Shown here in pieces: positions 38,761-51,782 of a stretch of DNA of 64,000 nt. The notes below the pieces were generated by a model. The model was not told where the DNA came from. It was given only the letters and a program-made list of their open reading frames with translations, and made no database searches. The position numbers and the translations under genes were made by a program. Source of the DNA: Torpedo marmorata (lineage: Eukaryota); assembly GCA_977017645.1 (NCBI GenBank), contig OZ360225.1, positions 15,562,001 to 15,626,000 of the forward strand, given 5' to 3'. Each line of letters opens with the position of its first letter. Positions within the stretch are counted from its first letter, which is position 1.

Positions 38761-39019
38761 TGTTAGGAAGGTTGTTGGTAGTGAAGAATAACTGCAGTTC
38801 TGATGAAGGGTCTTTGACCTGAAACATTAGCTGACCTGCCGACCAGTTCTATTATTATCCGTTTTTATATTACATGAATATTGGAGATGGTCGTAATTGC
38901 CTCAATCTATTCAACACCAGTTAGGGAATAAATGTTAGCCAGGATTCATCTTAGAAATAGAACTGTGGGATTTTATGTCCACCTGAAAAGCTGTCAATTT
39001 CATGCCTCATCTCAAAGCA

Positions 39020-39352
39020 CCTGAAATGTTGCAGCACTCTCTGAATGTTACAGCACTCTCTGAATGTTGCAGCACTCTCTGAATGTTGCAGCACTCTCTG
39101 AATGTTGCAGCACACTCTGAATGTTGCAGCACTCTCTGAATGTTGCAGAACTCTGAATGTTGCAGCACACTCTGAATGTTGCAGCACTCTCTGAATGTTG
39201 CAGCACTCTCTGAATGTTGAAGCACTCTCTGAATGTTGCAGCACTCTCTGAATGTTGCAGAACTCTGAATGTTGCAGCACTCTCTGAATGTTGCAGCACT
39301 CTCTGAATGTTGCAGCACTCTCTGAATGTTGCAGAACTCTCTGAATGCTGAA
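39020..39352. repeat. 19-bp minisatellite (TCTGAATGTTGCAGCACTC, ~17 units, with 17-bp variants)
   Basis: Head-to-tail units with no spacers. Confidence 0.95.
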
Positions 39353-39941
39353 CTGAAGTTTCCACAAGGATTGCAACTAGGGCCAACAGCAAGTTTAACT
39401 TTTGATGGGTGTCTCTGGGAACAGCAACTAGATTTCCATGTGCTGTATCTGACAATTTAGATGAAATCTGGTATCCCATTGCCATGGTTTGTAACCACTT
39501 TATCCACTTTGATTTGATCTCCATTAACTAGTTATGCCAATGAGAAGCAATACAAAATGTCTGGAATCTCCTGAATCCTGAAAGAAAAAAAATAATAAAA
39601 GAGAAAAAAAACAGCTCATGCTGGAATGAGGGAGAGGGGAACAAAAATTTTGAGAGGGAGTTGAGGGCAACACAATTTCCTCGCATTGTGGCGCGGTTGT
39701 AAAATGTCTTCATCCATGTATCAGTCAGTTTCTCTCTCAAAATGAGCCTAGCTTCCCAAAGAAAAGATTCAGTAGTCGTCAGTGATGCTATGTGGGAGTC
39801 GATCAGATTGGGGTCTAATGTTTATGATTTTAATAACCTTCTTAATCTCTTAGTAAATCCTATTATTGTATAACTTTAGTTAATTTTGATATATTGATGT
39901 GCTTTGTTGAATCAGTGAAATTGATGTGGTGGTTTTCCAGT

Positions 39942-40650
39942 GATCAGATCAGATACTATTTATTGTCATGTAATAAAAGAGAAATGTAATATTACACGAA
40001 ATTGCCTTTAGTCTGCCATAAGACAGACAAAAATTTGCCATTAGCATTGCCTGGTACCCATTACAGTCAGAGAAAGAGAAGCAAAAGAGAGTCCCCCCAG
40101 AGTCACTGAGTGTCCGTGGATTCACCTCCAGCGCTCTTGCAGCCTTTGCAGCCGCACAAGACTCCAGTTCAGTTCAAATGATTGGCAACGCAAGCCCAGG
40201 ACCAAACCTCCGACACGATGAGGAAGCCTTCAGTGCCCAGGGCCCTTCGGGAGCCCTCCTTGTCCTCAGCATCCTCTCGAATACCGGTTCCGATACCTGG
40301 TTCCCATGAGCCAGTCTCCAGCAGCCCGTAGCCTGGTGTGAGTCCTTTGACCTCAAGTTGCCAGCAGCCTGCACCCTGTGTGGGTTGCTCGCCCGCAAAT
40401 CGCCAAGGGCTCGCTGCCTGTGTGTGTCCTTCCCCCGCAGAGCCCCTTGCTGGTCCTTCACTGTGGTCACCGTCCTTTGGGTCATCTCCTCTGCTTTTCC
40501 TTCTCAACAGGGATTTTCTCCCCCATACTGGTGCCCTGTGCCAGCCTACTGCTCCCCCAGATTCTGCAACCACTCAAGGCCGCTGCCGAACACAGGCACC
40601 GCCATCTTGGGCCCAGACTCCAAGGTTGTAGGATTTTAAATTAAAAAACC
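39942..40650 (-). mobile_element. GC-rich retroposon copy
   Basis: Reverse-complement match to 41725-42400, with the CCGCCATCTTGGGCCC motif. Confidence 0.85.
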
Positions 40651-41309
40651 ATTGACAGCCCAAGTTTGTCCACCCTCTCCCCATAGTTCGTACCCTCTAA
40701 TCCAGTCAGCATTCCGGGAGATCTCTTCTGTAACCTTTCCAAAGCTTCCATATACTCCCTGCAATGGGGGAAGAAGCAGAGCTGGTAGAAATATCAGCGT
40801 GTCATCATTGTCTTCAACAGACCAGGATTTAATGTGAGAAAAGCACTTCCCCACTACCCCTGTGATCGAAAGCTTCAGACCAAAGTCATTTATTACTCCA
40901 AAGATTTCTACATGTCACATCAAATTGTTCATGCATCAACCAATGGCAGCTTGGAGCCAACTTAACCCATAGATCGCATCTCTGTCTCACAGCTCCAATG
41001 CCAATAAACCTTTTTAACCATATGTTCAGATGCAACCACTTAATTACTTTCCTGGGAAACGTAATTCTGATCATTATTTTGGCTGGATTTAAGTATTGGG
41101 GCAGAACTGTGGCCTGGGTTACTTTTGTCCTTGTTGCTTTTGCTTTACGTGGGATATCGCAGCATCTCTATGGTGTATAGTATTCCTCTTGGTCTGAAAT
41201 AATTACTTCCATGGAAGTAGATTTCTATAGTGGGGTAGGATTATAGAAAGGAAATGAACTATGAATCTTGAGAAAACTATGTATTTCAGCCCAAGTTATG
41301 AAGCATTGA

Positions 41310-42520
41310 GTGTCAGAGGAGGAAGTCACGTTACAGCTGTATAACACTTTGGTTAAGCTGCTCTTGAAGTATTGTGTGCAGTTCTGGTCGTCCCATTACA
41401 GGAAGTGTGGAAGGTTTGGAAAGGATCCAGAAGAGATCTCCCAGGATGCAGTCTGGAATAGAGGGTATGAGCTATGGGGAGAGGTTGGACAAACGTGGGT
41501 TGATTTCTCAGGTGTGTTGGAGGCTGACGGGAAACCTGATAGAAGTTTATAACTATATGCGAGTCATACAAAAAAGTGGGGGCACTGGCGGAGCTGCTGT
41601 GATGGCAGCGCTGCCTCTGGTGCAGACCCGGGGAGAGTGCGGAGCAGAGACACAGTGCTCCACCGTGGGGTCCTACTGCCCTGTGCTACTGTCAACAGCT
41701 CCGGCCTTTTAAAGGAGCAAACGGTTTTTTATCTAAAATCTGGGCCCAAGATGGCAGCGCTTGTGTTCGGCAGTGGCATCAAGGGGTTGCAGACTCCAGG
41801 GGAGCAGCAGACTTGTGCAGGGCACCAGTAACGGGGAGAACAACCTTGTTGAAATAGAGAAGCAGAGGAGACAACCCGAAGGACGGTGACCATCGTGGCG
41901 GACCAGCGAGGGGCTCTGCGGCTGAAGGATACACGCAGTGGCGAGCTGTTGGCGACATTCAGGTGAACAACCCACACAGACTGCAGGCTGCTGGCGACTT
42001 AGGTCAAATGACTCACACCAGGCTGTGGGCTGCTGGAGACTGACTCATCAGAACCAGGTATCGAAACCGGGATTCGAGAGGATGCTGAGGGCAAGGAGGG
42101 CTCCCGAAGGGCTCTGGGCACTGAAGGCTTCCTCATCGTGTCAGAGGATTTGATCTGGGCTCGGGATGTCAATGGCTGGAACTGAACTGGAGTCTTGTGC
42201 AGCTGCAGAGGCTGGGGGAGCGCTGGAGGCGAATCTATGGACACAGGTGACTCTGGGAGGACTCTCTTTTGCTTCTCTTTCTCTGAATGTAAGGGGTGCC
42301 AGGCAATGCTAATGGCGAATCTTTGTCTTCCTTATGGCAAACTAAAGGCGATTTTGTCTAATATTACATTTCTACTTTATTACATGACAATAAATAAATA
42401 GTAGTTGAGATAGGTTGTACTATCTATTCCCAGGGTAATATTGCCACATGCCAGAGGACATGCAATTATGGTAGAGCAGGGGTAGATTAAAGCAGATGGG
42501 CAGGGTAAGACTTTTCACAT
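41310..42520 (+). mobile_element. Old CR1 3' region (interrupted at 41573-42400 and by the Gypsy; resumes at 56178-56390)
   Basis: LYNTLVKLLLKYCVQFWS...NLIEVY. The sequence continues across the Gypsy TSD into the CR1 3' end. Confidence 0.75.
41573..42400 (+). mobile_element. GC-rich non-autonomous retroposon, apparently full-length copy
   Basis: 5' end matches 22529, CCCAAGATGGCAGCG lies near 41746, and it ends CATGACAATAAATAAATA. Confidence 0.85.
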
Positions 42521-43385
42521 TGTTACGTCGCAGACCAGCAGCAATGGAAATTCACCAAGGCAGTGTTATAATTTTCTTTTAAAACACTATATTTATTAGT
42601 AACTACACATTAGCCAAATCAAAACCAACTNNNNNNNNNNNNNNNNNNNNNNNNNNNNNNNNNNNNNNNNNNNNNNNNNNNNNNNNNNNNNNNNNNNNNN
42701 NNNNNNNNNNNNNNNNNNNNNNNNNNNNNNNNNNNNNNNNNNNNNNNNNNNNNNNNNNNNNNNNNNTACAGCTTAGGCACAATTCTGAAAAGTCATTCCA
42801 AAGTTCAGTCTTAGAAATCCATTGTCGAAACGCAGACTTTTAAACTGATGCACAGAAGTAATCACGAAGGAGATGGGAGAGACTGAGTGACCAGACTGCC
42901 GAAAACTCATGAATCCTCATCGAGTTTCTTCCAGAGAAATATCCTTTCAGACGAATGGTTGTCACAACTCCCCTTTTCCTTGCGTAGGGGAAACGAAATG
43001 CGTGACTTCCACGATGCTTCCAAAACCCAGGTAAGGGTCAATCAAAGTGACCTTTCCTTTGGTCACGGTGGGGTTCAATAATTCCCCTGACACGGAGAAT
43101 CAGCCGAATTGTCCATTATCACACAGAGTCATTTCTGCTCAGTGTTCGATGAGATGGCCGCTGGTCATAAAGTGTTGTTTCTTCAGTGTTCCACACGCAG
43201 GACTCTCTCTCACCACCTGTGTCCCTGGAAAAAGCACCCAATGTCCTTTCTCCTCTCCAAAGTAGCGAATTTTGTACAGCCTGTACGAGCTGATGCCACC
43301 CAATCTCTCCAAAGCTGTGAATGGTTGCAGTCTGTACTAGCCCTTAATGTGATACTCACACTAAATGAAACGGGAGCTCATAATA
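42521..43385 (-). repeat. Gypsy 3' LTR (contains assembly gap 42631-42766)
   Basis: Direct repeat of 55354-56173. Confidence 0.95.
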
Positions 43386-45058
43386 CCTCTCCCCAACAAA
43401 GAAAATTTTGATCTGTAAGAGCAAAATTTTAACTGCAACCTACAATGTTTGAAATAATACATTCACTATTGTTACATGATATAATGCAGACAAATATAAC
43501 ATTTTTCAGTAACGTTGCAAACGTAACATCTTGAAAGGCAATCAGCAATTACATTATCCTTGCCTCTAATAGGAGTTACCATTAAATCATATTCCCTGCA
43601 GAATTAGACTCCAGTTTAACAATCGTCTATTTTTGTTTTTCATTTTACTCAAGAACACTAAGGGATTATGGTCACTATACACAACAAGTGGTCCCTGAGC
43701 TGTGCAGATGTAACATCGAAATGCTGCAAAGCCCGTACAATAATACTTTGTCTATGGTAGAATAATTCTTTTGATTTTTATTGAATTTCTTGGATAAGTA
43801 AGCCACTGGATGGTCAATATCATCACAACCATTCTTTTGTAATAACACTGCTCCCGCAGCTTCATCTCTAGCATCCACTGCTAAAGAAAATGGCTTCTCA
43901 AAGTCAGATGACTTAAGCGTAGGCTGGTGACATAAAATGGCTTTCAGTTTATCAAATGCTTTCTGACAAAGTTCTGTCCAAACAAAAATTTTAATCTTCT
44001 TCAGAAGGTTAGTCAAAGGAAGGGCAATATCAGCAACATTTTTACAGAACTTTCAATAATTCCCAAAAACCTACTAACAGCTTTCTTACCTGTGCGAACG
44101 GGAAACTCAGAAATCGTTTGAACTTTCACCTGAACAGGCGCCAAATTGCCTTGACCAACAACGTAACCAAGATAAGTCACAGTAGCATGGCCAAATTCAC
44201 TTTTAGCTAAATTAACAGTAAGGTTTGCTTTTGAAAGTTTGTTAACAATTTCTCTAACTCAGAGATATGTGCTTCCCACGTGTCATTCCCCGTAACCAAA
44301 TCATCAATATAAGCATCTGTATGCTCTAAACCTTGAATCACAGAATTAGTAATTCTTTGGAATGTCCCTGGAGCATTTTTCATTCCAAATGGTAAAACAT
44401 TGTATTCATATAACCCTGATGAGGTCACAAATGCAGAAATTTCCCTACCTCTGTCTGTTAAAGGAACACACCAGTAACCTTTTATTAAGTCTATCTTCAT
44501 AAGAAACTTAGCCTTTCCAACCTTGTCCACACAATTATCCACCCTAGGGATAGGATAAGCATCTGTCTTTGTTACCGCATTAACTTTTCTATAATCAGTG
44601 CAAAATCTAACCGTCCATTTGGTTTAGGCATCAGGAAACGTGAACTCCAATCTGAGGTAGAACGTCTAATAATATCATTCTTTAACATATATTCAATCTC
44701 TTGATCTACCAGTCTGCACCTTTCAACATTCATTCGATATGGATGTTGTTTGATAGGTTTTGCATTTCCAACATCAACATCATAACAAGTTATTGGGGTT
44801 CTCTTAGGCACGTCTGGAAACAAGTTCCTAAATTTTAAAAGTAGCTGTTTCATTTGCTCCTTTTCCTGGGGCTGAAGATGAGCCAACTTTGCATCCAAAT
44901 TCTGCAAAACAATCGAATTAGACAGGTGAACTGGGACCATGTTTTGTTTGAAGTGACCCTCACAAGAGTCAGCTTGTACCGTCTCATGGTCCCTAGACTC
45001 CTTAGTTTTATCAACAACCAATATCGCTGATGAAGGCTGTTCCTTGCTAAAAGCCAAG

Positions 45059-48000
45059 TGTAAAGGTTAAAACCTTGTGGTTTGACCCTTAGTTAATTAT
45101 ATGCCTGTCTCTTTAAGAGAACTATTGTTTGTAGTGTTACCATAGTGATTATGATGTAATATATCATAATATCCTCCCAGGCTAGGGGCTTGCCTTTCAT
45201 TCTACGAGAAATTTTTTTTTGAATTGTGTTTCCATCTCTTTAAATGTTTTTTGAATCTCATAAATACTGTGAATGCTTTATTATTCAACCATATGGAAAT
45301 TTTATTACGAAGCTATGTAAAATGTTTATACGCATTATCAACGAATTAAAATGACAAAAAGTAACTGTCACAGAACTTGATTTATTGGATTAAAGGGATT
45401 ATAATTCAGAATATCATAGCTCACGCTTTGGAAGATGATTCTTTGAAATTAGAAGATCAGAATAGTCAAGTGTCGCCTATGTTTTGATTCAAATAAAAAT
45501 TCAATTGTGATCTTTGTTTGCAAGAAAAGTTCGTAAAATTTGTCTAAATGAATTGCGCAATTTTAAATTATGCCAAAGACTGGCCAGACAGCCAGTTTCC
45601 TTGAAAAAGATAAGCCGAGCTTTGGTAGCAGAATTGGCAGGAAGCCCAGAAGTTGTTTTTTTTGTAAACCAAAGATAAGAAAGTTTGTTTGCAAAACTAC
45701 AGAAAAGCCAGAAGCAATTCTCTTAAAGGGACCAAGTAAGATATAAAATTCATTTACACTTCCAGAAGAAAGCAGGAGAAGCCAGAAGCCAGGTTGCAGT
45801 GTGAAGAACCCAAGATGGATAAGAAGAAGCTACTGGCTAAGGACCTCGAGCAAACAGATCCTCTCAAAAAACTGTTTGATCATGAGTGTAGACAGCGAGG
45901 TGCAGCGATAACGCTTGATAGGAGTTTGGAGCCAGTACACAAGGAGGAAGTGGCTTCAACTAGCAAGCAAGAAGAAGAAGACGATGTCAAGGCACTGCTA
46001 ACGTCGGTATATCACTTTTAGTGACACATCAGCAGAGCCACAAGAAAGGAAAATACTTGACCAAGGAGCTAGGGTGTCACTGCAAGTGCTCAAATGATAA
46101 TGGCCAATCCTATGGAAAGAGCTAGCGACATTCAATCTCTCCAGAGTACACAATATAAGGATCTTCCTGAAAGGAGGGTATTTCTAAAAGATACAACCAT
46201 GCTAGTTGATGATACTCAACCATTGATGTCTCTTTATGTTGCTGGAGAATCACTCGCAACCCAAGGATTCCCACCAATGCCATCAGCCACAACCCAAGGA
46301 TTACCACCAATGTTACCAGCCATAACCCAAGGATTCCCATCAATTCCATCACTTAGTTACCAATGTCCTACACCTATAGAAGCAGTTCAATATCCATTTT
46401 CTCCATTCAGCTTAAGACAACCAGTCATAAGCCATGGAGGACAAGACAATATAATATCACTTATAGCAAAACAAAATGAAATCTCTGCTATGTTAGCGCA
46501 GCAACAAGGTATATATAGTTTACCTAAGAAGGAAATTCCAGTTTTTAATGGAGATCCATTACAATATATGATGTTCATGAAATCTTTTGAACATCACATT
46601 GAAAATAATACTAAAAACACTAAAGATTGTCTTTATTACTTGGAACACTATACTGGAGGACAGCCGAAGGAGTTAGTCAAAAGTTGCCAATATATGAATC
46701 CTGAACAAGGGTTTAAAAGGGCAAAAGAATTATTGCAACATCATTATGGCCATGAACGTAAAATTGCAAGGGCCCACATAGACAAGATTCTATCTTGGTC
46801 GGCAATAAAATCAGAAGACACAAAAGCTTTACAAGCATATGCACTCTTTCTGAGAGGATGTTGTAACGCAATGCGAAGTACCTTTGTTACTACTGTGTTA
46901 GATACAAGCACAGGAAAGAACAAAGAAACAAAGGAAATGGAAGATCAGACTGTTCAGAAAAGCTGTTTGTATTGCAAGGATAAGCATGCTTTAGAAAAAT
47001 GTTCACGATTGGAGAAAAAGTCGCATGATGAGAAATTAACTTTTTTAAAGAAGAATGGAATATGTTTTGGATGCTTGTGTAAAGAACACATCTGCAAAAC
47101 TTGTAATAAGCCACTCAGTTGTGATATATGCAATTTAAAGCATCCCAAGTTACTGCATACTCAACGAAAATAAAGTTGAGAAGGAAGTCAAACAATCTAA
47201 ATCTAAGACTAATGAGACAACTAGAGAGTATGCTTCAGCTTCGGTTCAGACAAACAGTCTTACTGGGGCCGGTGACAAAGCCTTCTCAATAGTTCCTGTA
47301 CAGGTTAAAGCTAAAAAGGGAAACTTCATACTGAAGACCTACGCATTTCTTGATCCAGGAAGTACTGCATCATTTTGTACTATTGAATTAATGAATAAAC
47401 TTAATCTTTATGGAAAAAGATCACAGATCTTATTGAAGACCATGAATGATGAAATAAACATTGAAACTAATATAGTTTCAGGTTTAGAGATTGCTGGATT
47501 AAATAGCAATGAATTTTGTGATCTTCCAAGTGTATATACTCAGAAGACTGCCTGTGAATAAGGAGAATATTGCATATCAGGATGATATCAAACAGTGGGC
47601 TTATCTAAAAGATGTTTGCTTACCTAAGATCGAGATGTTAATTGGATTAGATGTACCAAAGGCTCTCGAACCTCTAGAAGTAATAAGGAGTCAAATTGAT
47701 GGACCTTATGCTGTGAGAACATTGCTTGGATGGACAATTAACAGGACATTAGGAGGAAAAATGAATAATGATCAGAAGATGTTGAATGTAAATGTCAACA
47801 GAATTTCAGTTGTGTAACTTGATGATCTGTGGGAACAACAGTTTAAAATTGATTTTCCTGAATGTCTCACAGATATTCAAGAATCTTCAAAGGAGGACAA
47901 GCAGTTTCTGGATTTAGTTTCAAATTCTGTTAAACATATTGATGGTCATTACTGTATAGCATTACCTTTGAAGAAAAGAGAAATTTGTATGCCAGATAAT

Positions 48001-51000
48001 AAAATAATTGCAGAACAGGGTATGCTGAATTTAAAGAGAAAATACAAGAGGAATTCTTCCTTTCATTTGGAATATGCAAATGTCATGTTAGACATGATAG
48101 CCAAGGGTTATGTAGAAAAGGAATCAGAAGATATCTTGGAAAGTAAAGATGGTAAAAAATTGTATTTACCTCATCATGGAGTTGTACATCCACAAAAGAA
48201 AAAACTACGCATAGTATTTGATTGTGGAGCATCATTTCAAGGAGTTTCATTGAATTCTCAACTTCTACAAGGTCCAGACTTAACCAGTTCTTTAATAGGT
48301 GTTCTGATAAGATTTTGTAAAGAGCCTATTGTAATTGCTGCAGATATTGAAGCGATGTTTCATCAAGTAAAAGTACCATCGGAAGATCGTGATTTGTTAC
48401 GATTGTTGTGGTGGCCTGATGGAGATTATAGTGAAGACATGATTGAGAACAGAATGACAGTTCATCTATTTGGAGCAACATCGTCACCGAGTTGTGCAAA
48501 TTTTGCTCTCAGGAAATGTGCTGAAGATAATGAAGAACAATTTAGTTCTCAAGCCATAGGCATCATCAGAAATAATTTCTATGTTGATGATTGTCTTACT
48601 TTAGTGGTTTCAGAAAAAGAAGCAATAGATCTTTATCAAGAGTTAAAGGAGATCTTTAATAAAGGAGGTTTCATCCTTACGAAATGGATTAGCAACAGTC
48701 GAGATGTGTTGACTGTTATTCCTGAAGCAGAAATAGCAAAGAAGATAAAACATCTTGATTTGGATTGTGACATTCTACCCGTCGAAAGAATTTTAGATGT
48801 ACAATGGTGTGTTCAATCTGATGTTTTCAAATTCAAAATTGTTTTGAAAGAACGGCCATTAACAAGAAGAGGTATTCTTTCAATCGTAAGTTCAATATAT
48901 GATCCTTTAGGAATATTGGCACCAGTATTATTAATAGCCAAGAAAATTCTGCAAGAATTGTGCAGAAGAAAATTTGGATGGGATGAAGCTATACCAGAAT
49001 CCATCGCACAAGATTGGATAAATTGGATTGAGAGTCTTAAAATGTTAGAAAATTTTGAAGTCAACAGATGTTTGAAACCAAAAGACTTTGGAATTGCCAG
49101 CCATACTCAGTTACACCACTTTGCTGATGCAAGCGAAGGTGGTTTTGGTACTGTCAGTTATTTAGTACTACGAAATAACCAAGAGCGAGTACATTGTGGA
49201 TTGGTAATGGGAAAAGCCAGAGTGGCTCCATTAAAGCCAGTCACCATACCTCAGAATTGACTGCCGCTACTATGGCAAGCAAAATGGACACTATGTTAAG
49301 AAGAGAATTACAGATGGAGTTAGCAGACTCTATGTTTTGGACTGATAGTACATCAGTACTTAAATACATTAATAACAAAACCACAAGGTTTCGTACCTTT
49401 GTGGCTAACAGAATTAATGAAATTGGAAAGGTTTCTCATGCTAATCAATGGAGATATGTTAAATCAGTGGATAATACAGCTGATATGACTTCACGAGGAT
49501 TAAAAGTTCAATATTTTCTGAAAAGAGCCAACACATGGGTGTTCGGTCCTCAATTTCTTTCGCGATCTCAAGAAGAATGGCCTCTAAATCCGAAAGATTT
49601 AAAAGTAATTTCAATGGAGGATCCTGAAATTCAAAGCGCTAATGTAAATACTATTCAAATGTCTAATGAAAATGATCCAATTACTCAATTAATTTGCTAT
49701 TACTCTTCATGGTTTCATTTGAAAAAGGCAGGAGCATGGATTCTTAGATAAAAAACTATTCTTTTAAACCATATCAAGAAAGAGAATCTAAAGACTCAAA
49801 AGAGAAATTGCCTAACAGTTGTTGAGTTAGCAAATGCTGAATTGGAGATAATTTGTTTTTGTCAGAAAAGAGCATTTGATAACGAGATATCAAGAGTGAA
49901 GAAGAACCAGAATGTTACAAAAACAAGTCATATTTACAAACTAAATCCTATTCTAGCCAATGATGTATTGAGAGTAGGAGGAAGATTGGAAAAAGCAATA
50001 ATGCCAAAAGAAGTGAAACATCCAATTATATTAGCTAAAGAATTCCATATTTCTGATTTGATTGTTCGACATATGCATGAAAAAACAGGTCATGGTGGTT
50101 GTAATCACGTGTTATCAGAGCTACACCAGAAATATTGGATACTTGGTGCTACAACATTAATCAAAAGAATTATATCAAAATGTATTAATTGTCGACGTGC
50201 AAATGCTAAACCTGGACAACATCAAATGGCAGATTTGTCACAGGACAGAGTTACATCTGATGAACCCCCATTTACATACGTGGAAGTTGTTTATTTCGGT
50301 CCTTTACAAGTAAAGCGAGGAAGAAGTATAGAAAAATGATATGGAGCTATTTTTACTTGTTTGACTACAAGAGCAATTCGTATTGAAGTAGCGTCATTGC
50401 TTGATACAGACTCTTTTATCAATGTTCTTCGATGTTTTATAGCCAGACGTGGTCAAGTAAAGGAATTACATTCTGATAATGGATCTAACTTTATAGGAGC
50501 TCAACTAGAGTTAAGAAAAGCAATTCAAAAATGGAATCAACATCAAATTCATGATTCATTACTTCAGAAAGAAATTAATTGGATATTTAACCCACCTACA
50601 GGATCACATCATGGAGGTGTGTGGGAAAGAATGATTAGATCAATTAGAAAAATTCTTAATTCCATTTTGAATAGTCAAATACTCAATGATGACAATCTTC
50701 AAACAGTTTTGTGTGAAATTGAAGCTATTTTAAATAGTCGTCCAATAACAAAAATTTCAGTCGATTTGAATGACATCGAGGCACTTAAACCAAATCATCT
50801 CCTGCTTCTTAAATCTAAACTTTCGATGCCTCCAGGTCAATTTCAAAAAGAAGATATTTATGCCAGATGCAGATGGAAACAAGTGCCATTTATTACAGAT
50901 TTGTTTTGGAAAAGATGGATTAAAGAATATCTTTCATTATTACAAGAACGACAAAAATGGTCTAAAGTAAAACACAATTTTGTATGTGGAGATATTGTAA

Positions 51001-51710
51001 TTATCATGGACGATTCTTCACCAAGAAATTCTTGGTTGCTGGGGAGAATTGTGGATACAGTTCCAGACAAGAAAGGATTGGTTCGGCAAGCGCGGATTAA
51101 ATCCAAGAATGGTTACTTAAATAGACCTATTACTAAATCTGTCTTTTACAGGAAGCTGAAAGTTTTGATTTTTAATCTTATGCTTACTATATTTACTGTC
51201 ATCTGTAATAGTAATTATTATATATATATGCCATTAATGTCTATTATAATAATTAGGGGCCGGAATGTAAAGGTTAAAACCTTGTGTTTTAACCCTTAGT
51301 TAATTATATGCCTGTCTCTTTAAGATAACTATTGTTTGTATTGTTACCATAGTGATTATGATGTAATATGTCATAATATCCACCCAGGCTAGGGGCTTTC
51401 TTTTCATTCTACGAGATGTGAAGTGCGTAAGCCACGAGAAATTTTTCTTTGAATTGTGTTTCCATCTCTTTAAATGTTTTTGCATCTCTTAAATACCGTA
51501 AATGCTTTATTATTCAAACATATGGAAGTTTTATTACGAAGCTATGTAAAATGTTTATACGCTTTATCAATGAATTAAAACGACAAAAAGTAACTGCCAC
51601 AGAACTTGATTTATTGGATTAAAGGGATGATAATTCAAAATATCGTAGCTCACGCTTTGGAAGATGATACTTTGAAATTAGGAGATCAGAATATGCAAGT
51701 GTCGTCTATA
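45059..51710 (+). mobile_element. BEL/Pao LTR retrotransposon with both LTRs, nested in the Gypsy
   Basis: LTRs at 45059-45481 and 51266-51710, 5-bp TSD CCAAG (45054-45058 / 51711-51715), PPT AGGGGCCGGAA, and gag-PR-RT(YVDD)-RH-INT with stops and frameshifts. Confidence 0.96.
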
Positions 51711-51782
51711 CCAAGTTCTCAAAATAAGGTTTTAACATGTTGACATGACAACACTGTGTTTTACGTCTCTGATCAGGTGTTT

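Noticed and set aside
39020-39352. CRISPR-like array or repetitive Cys-rich protein ORFs
   Set aside because: The units abut with no unique spacers, there are no cas genes, and the context is vertebrate. The ORFs are by-products of a stop-free strand.
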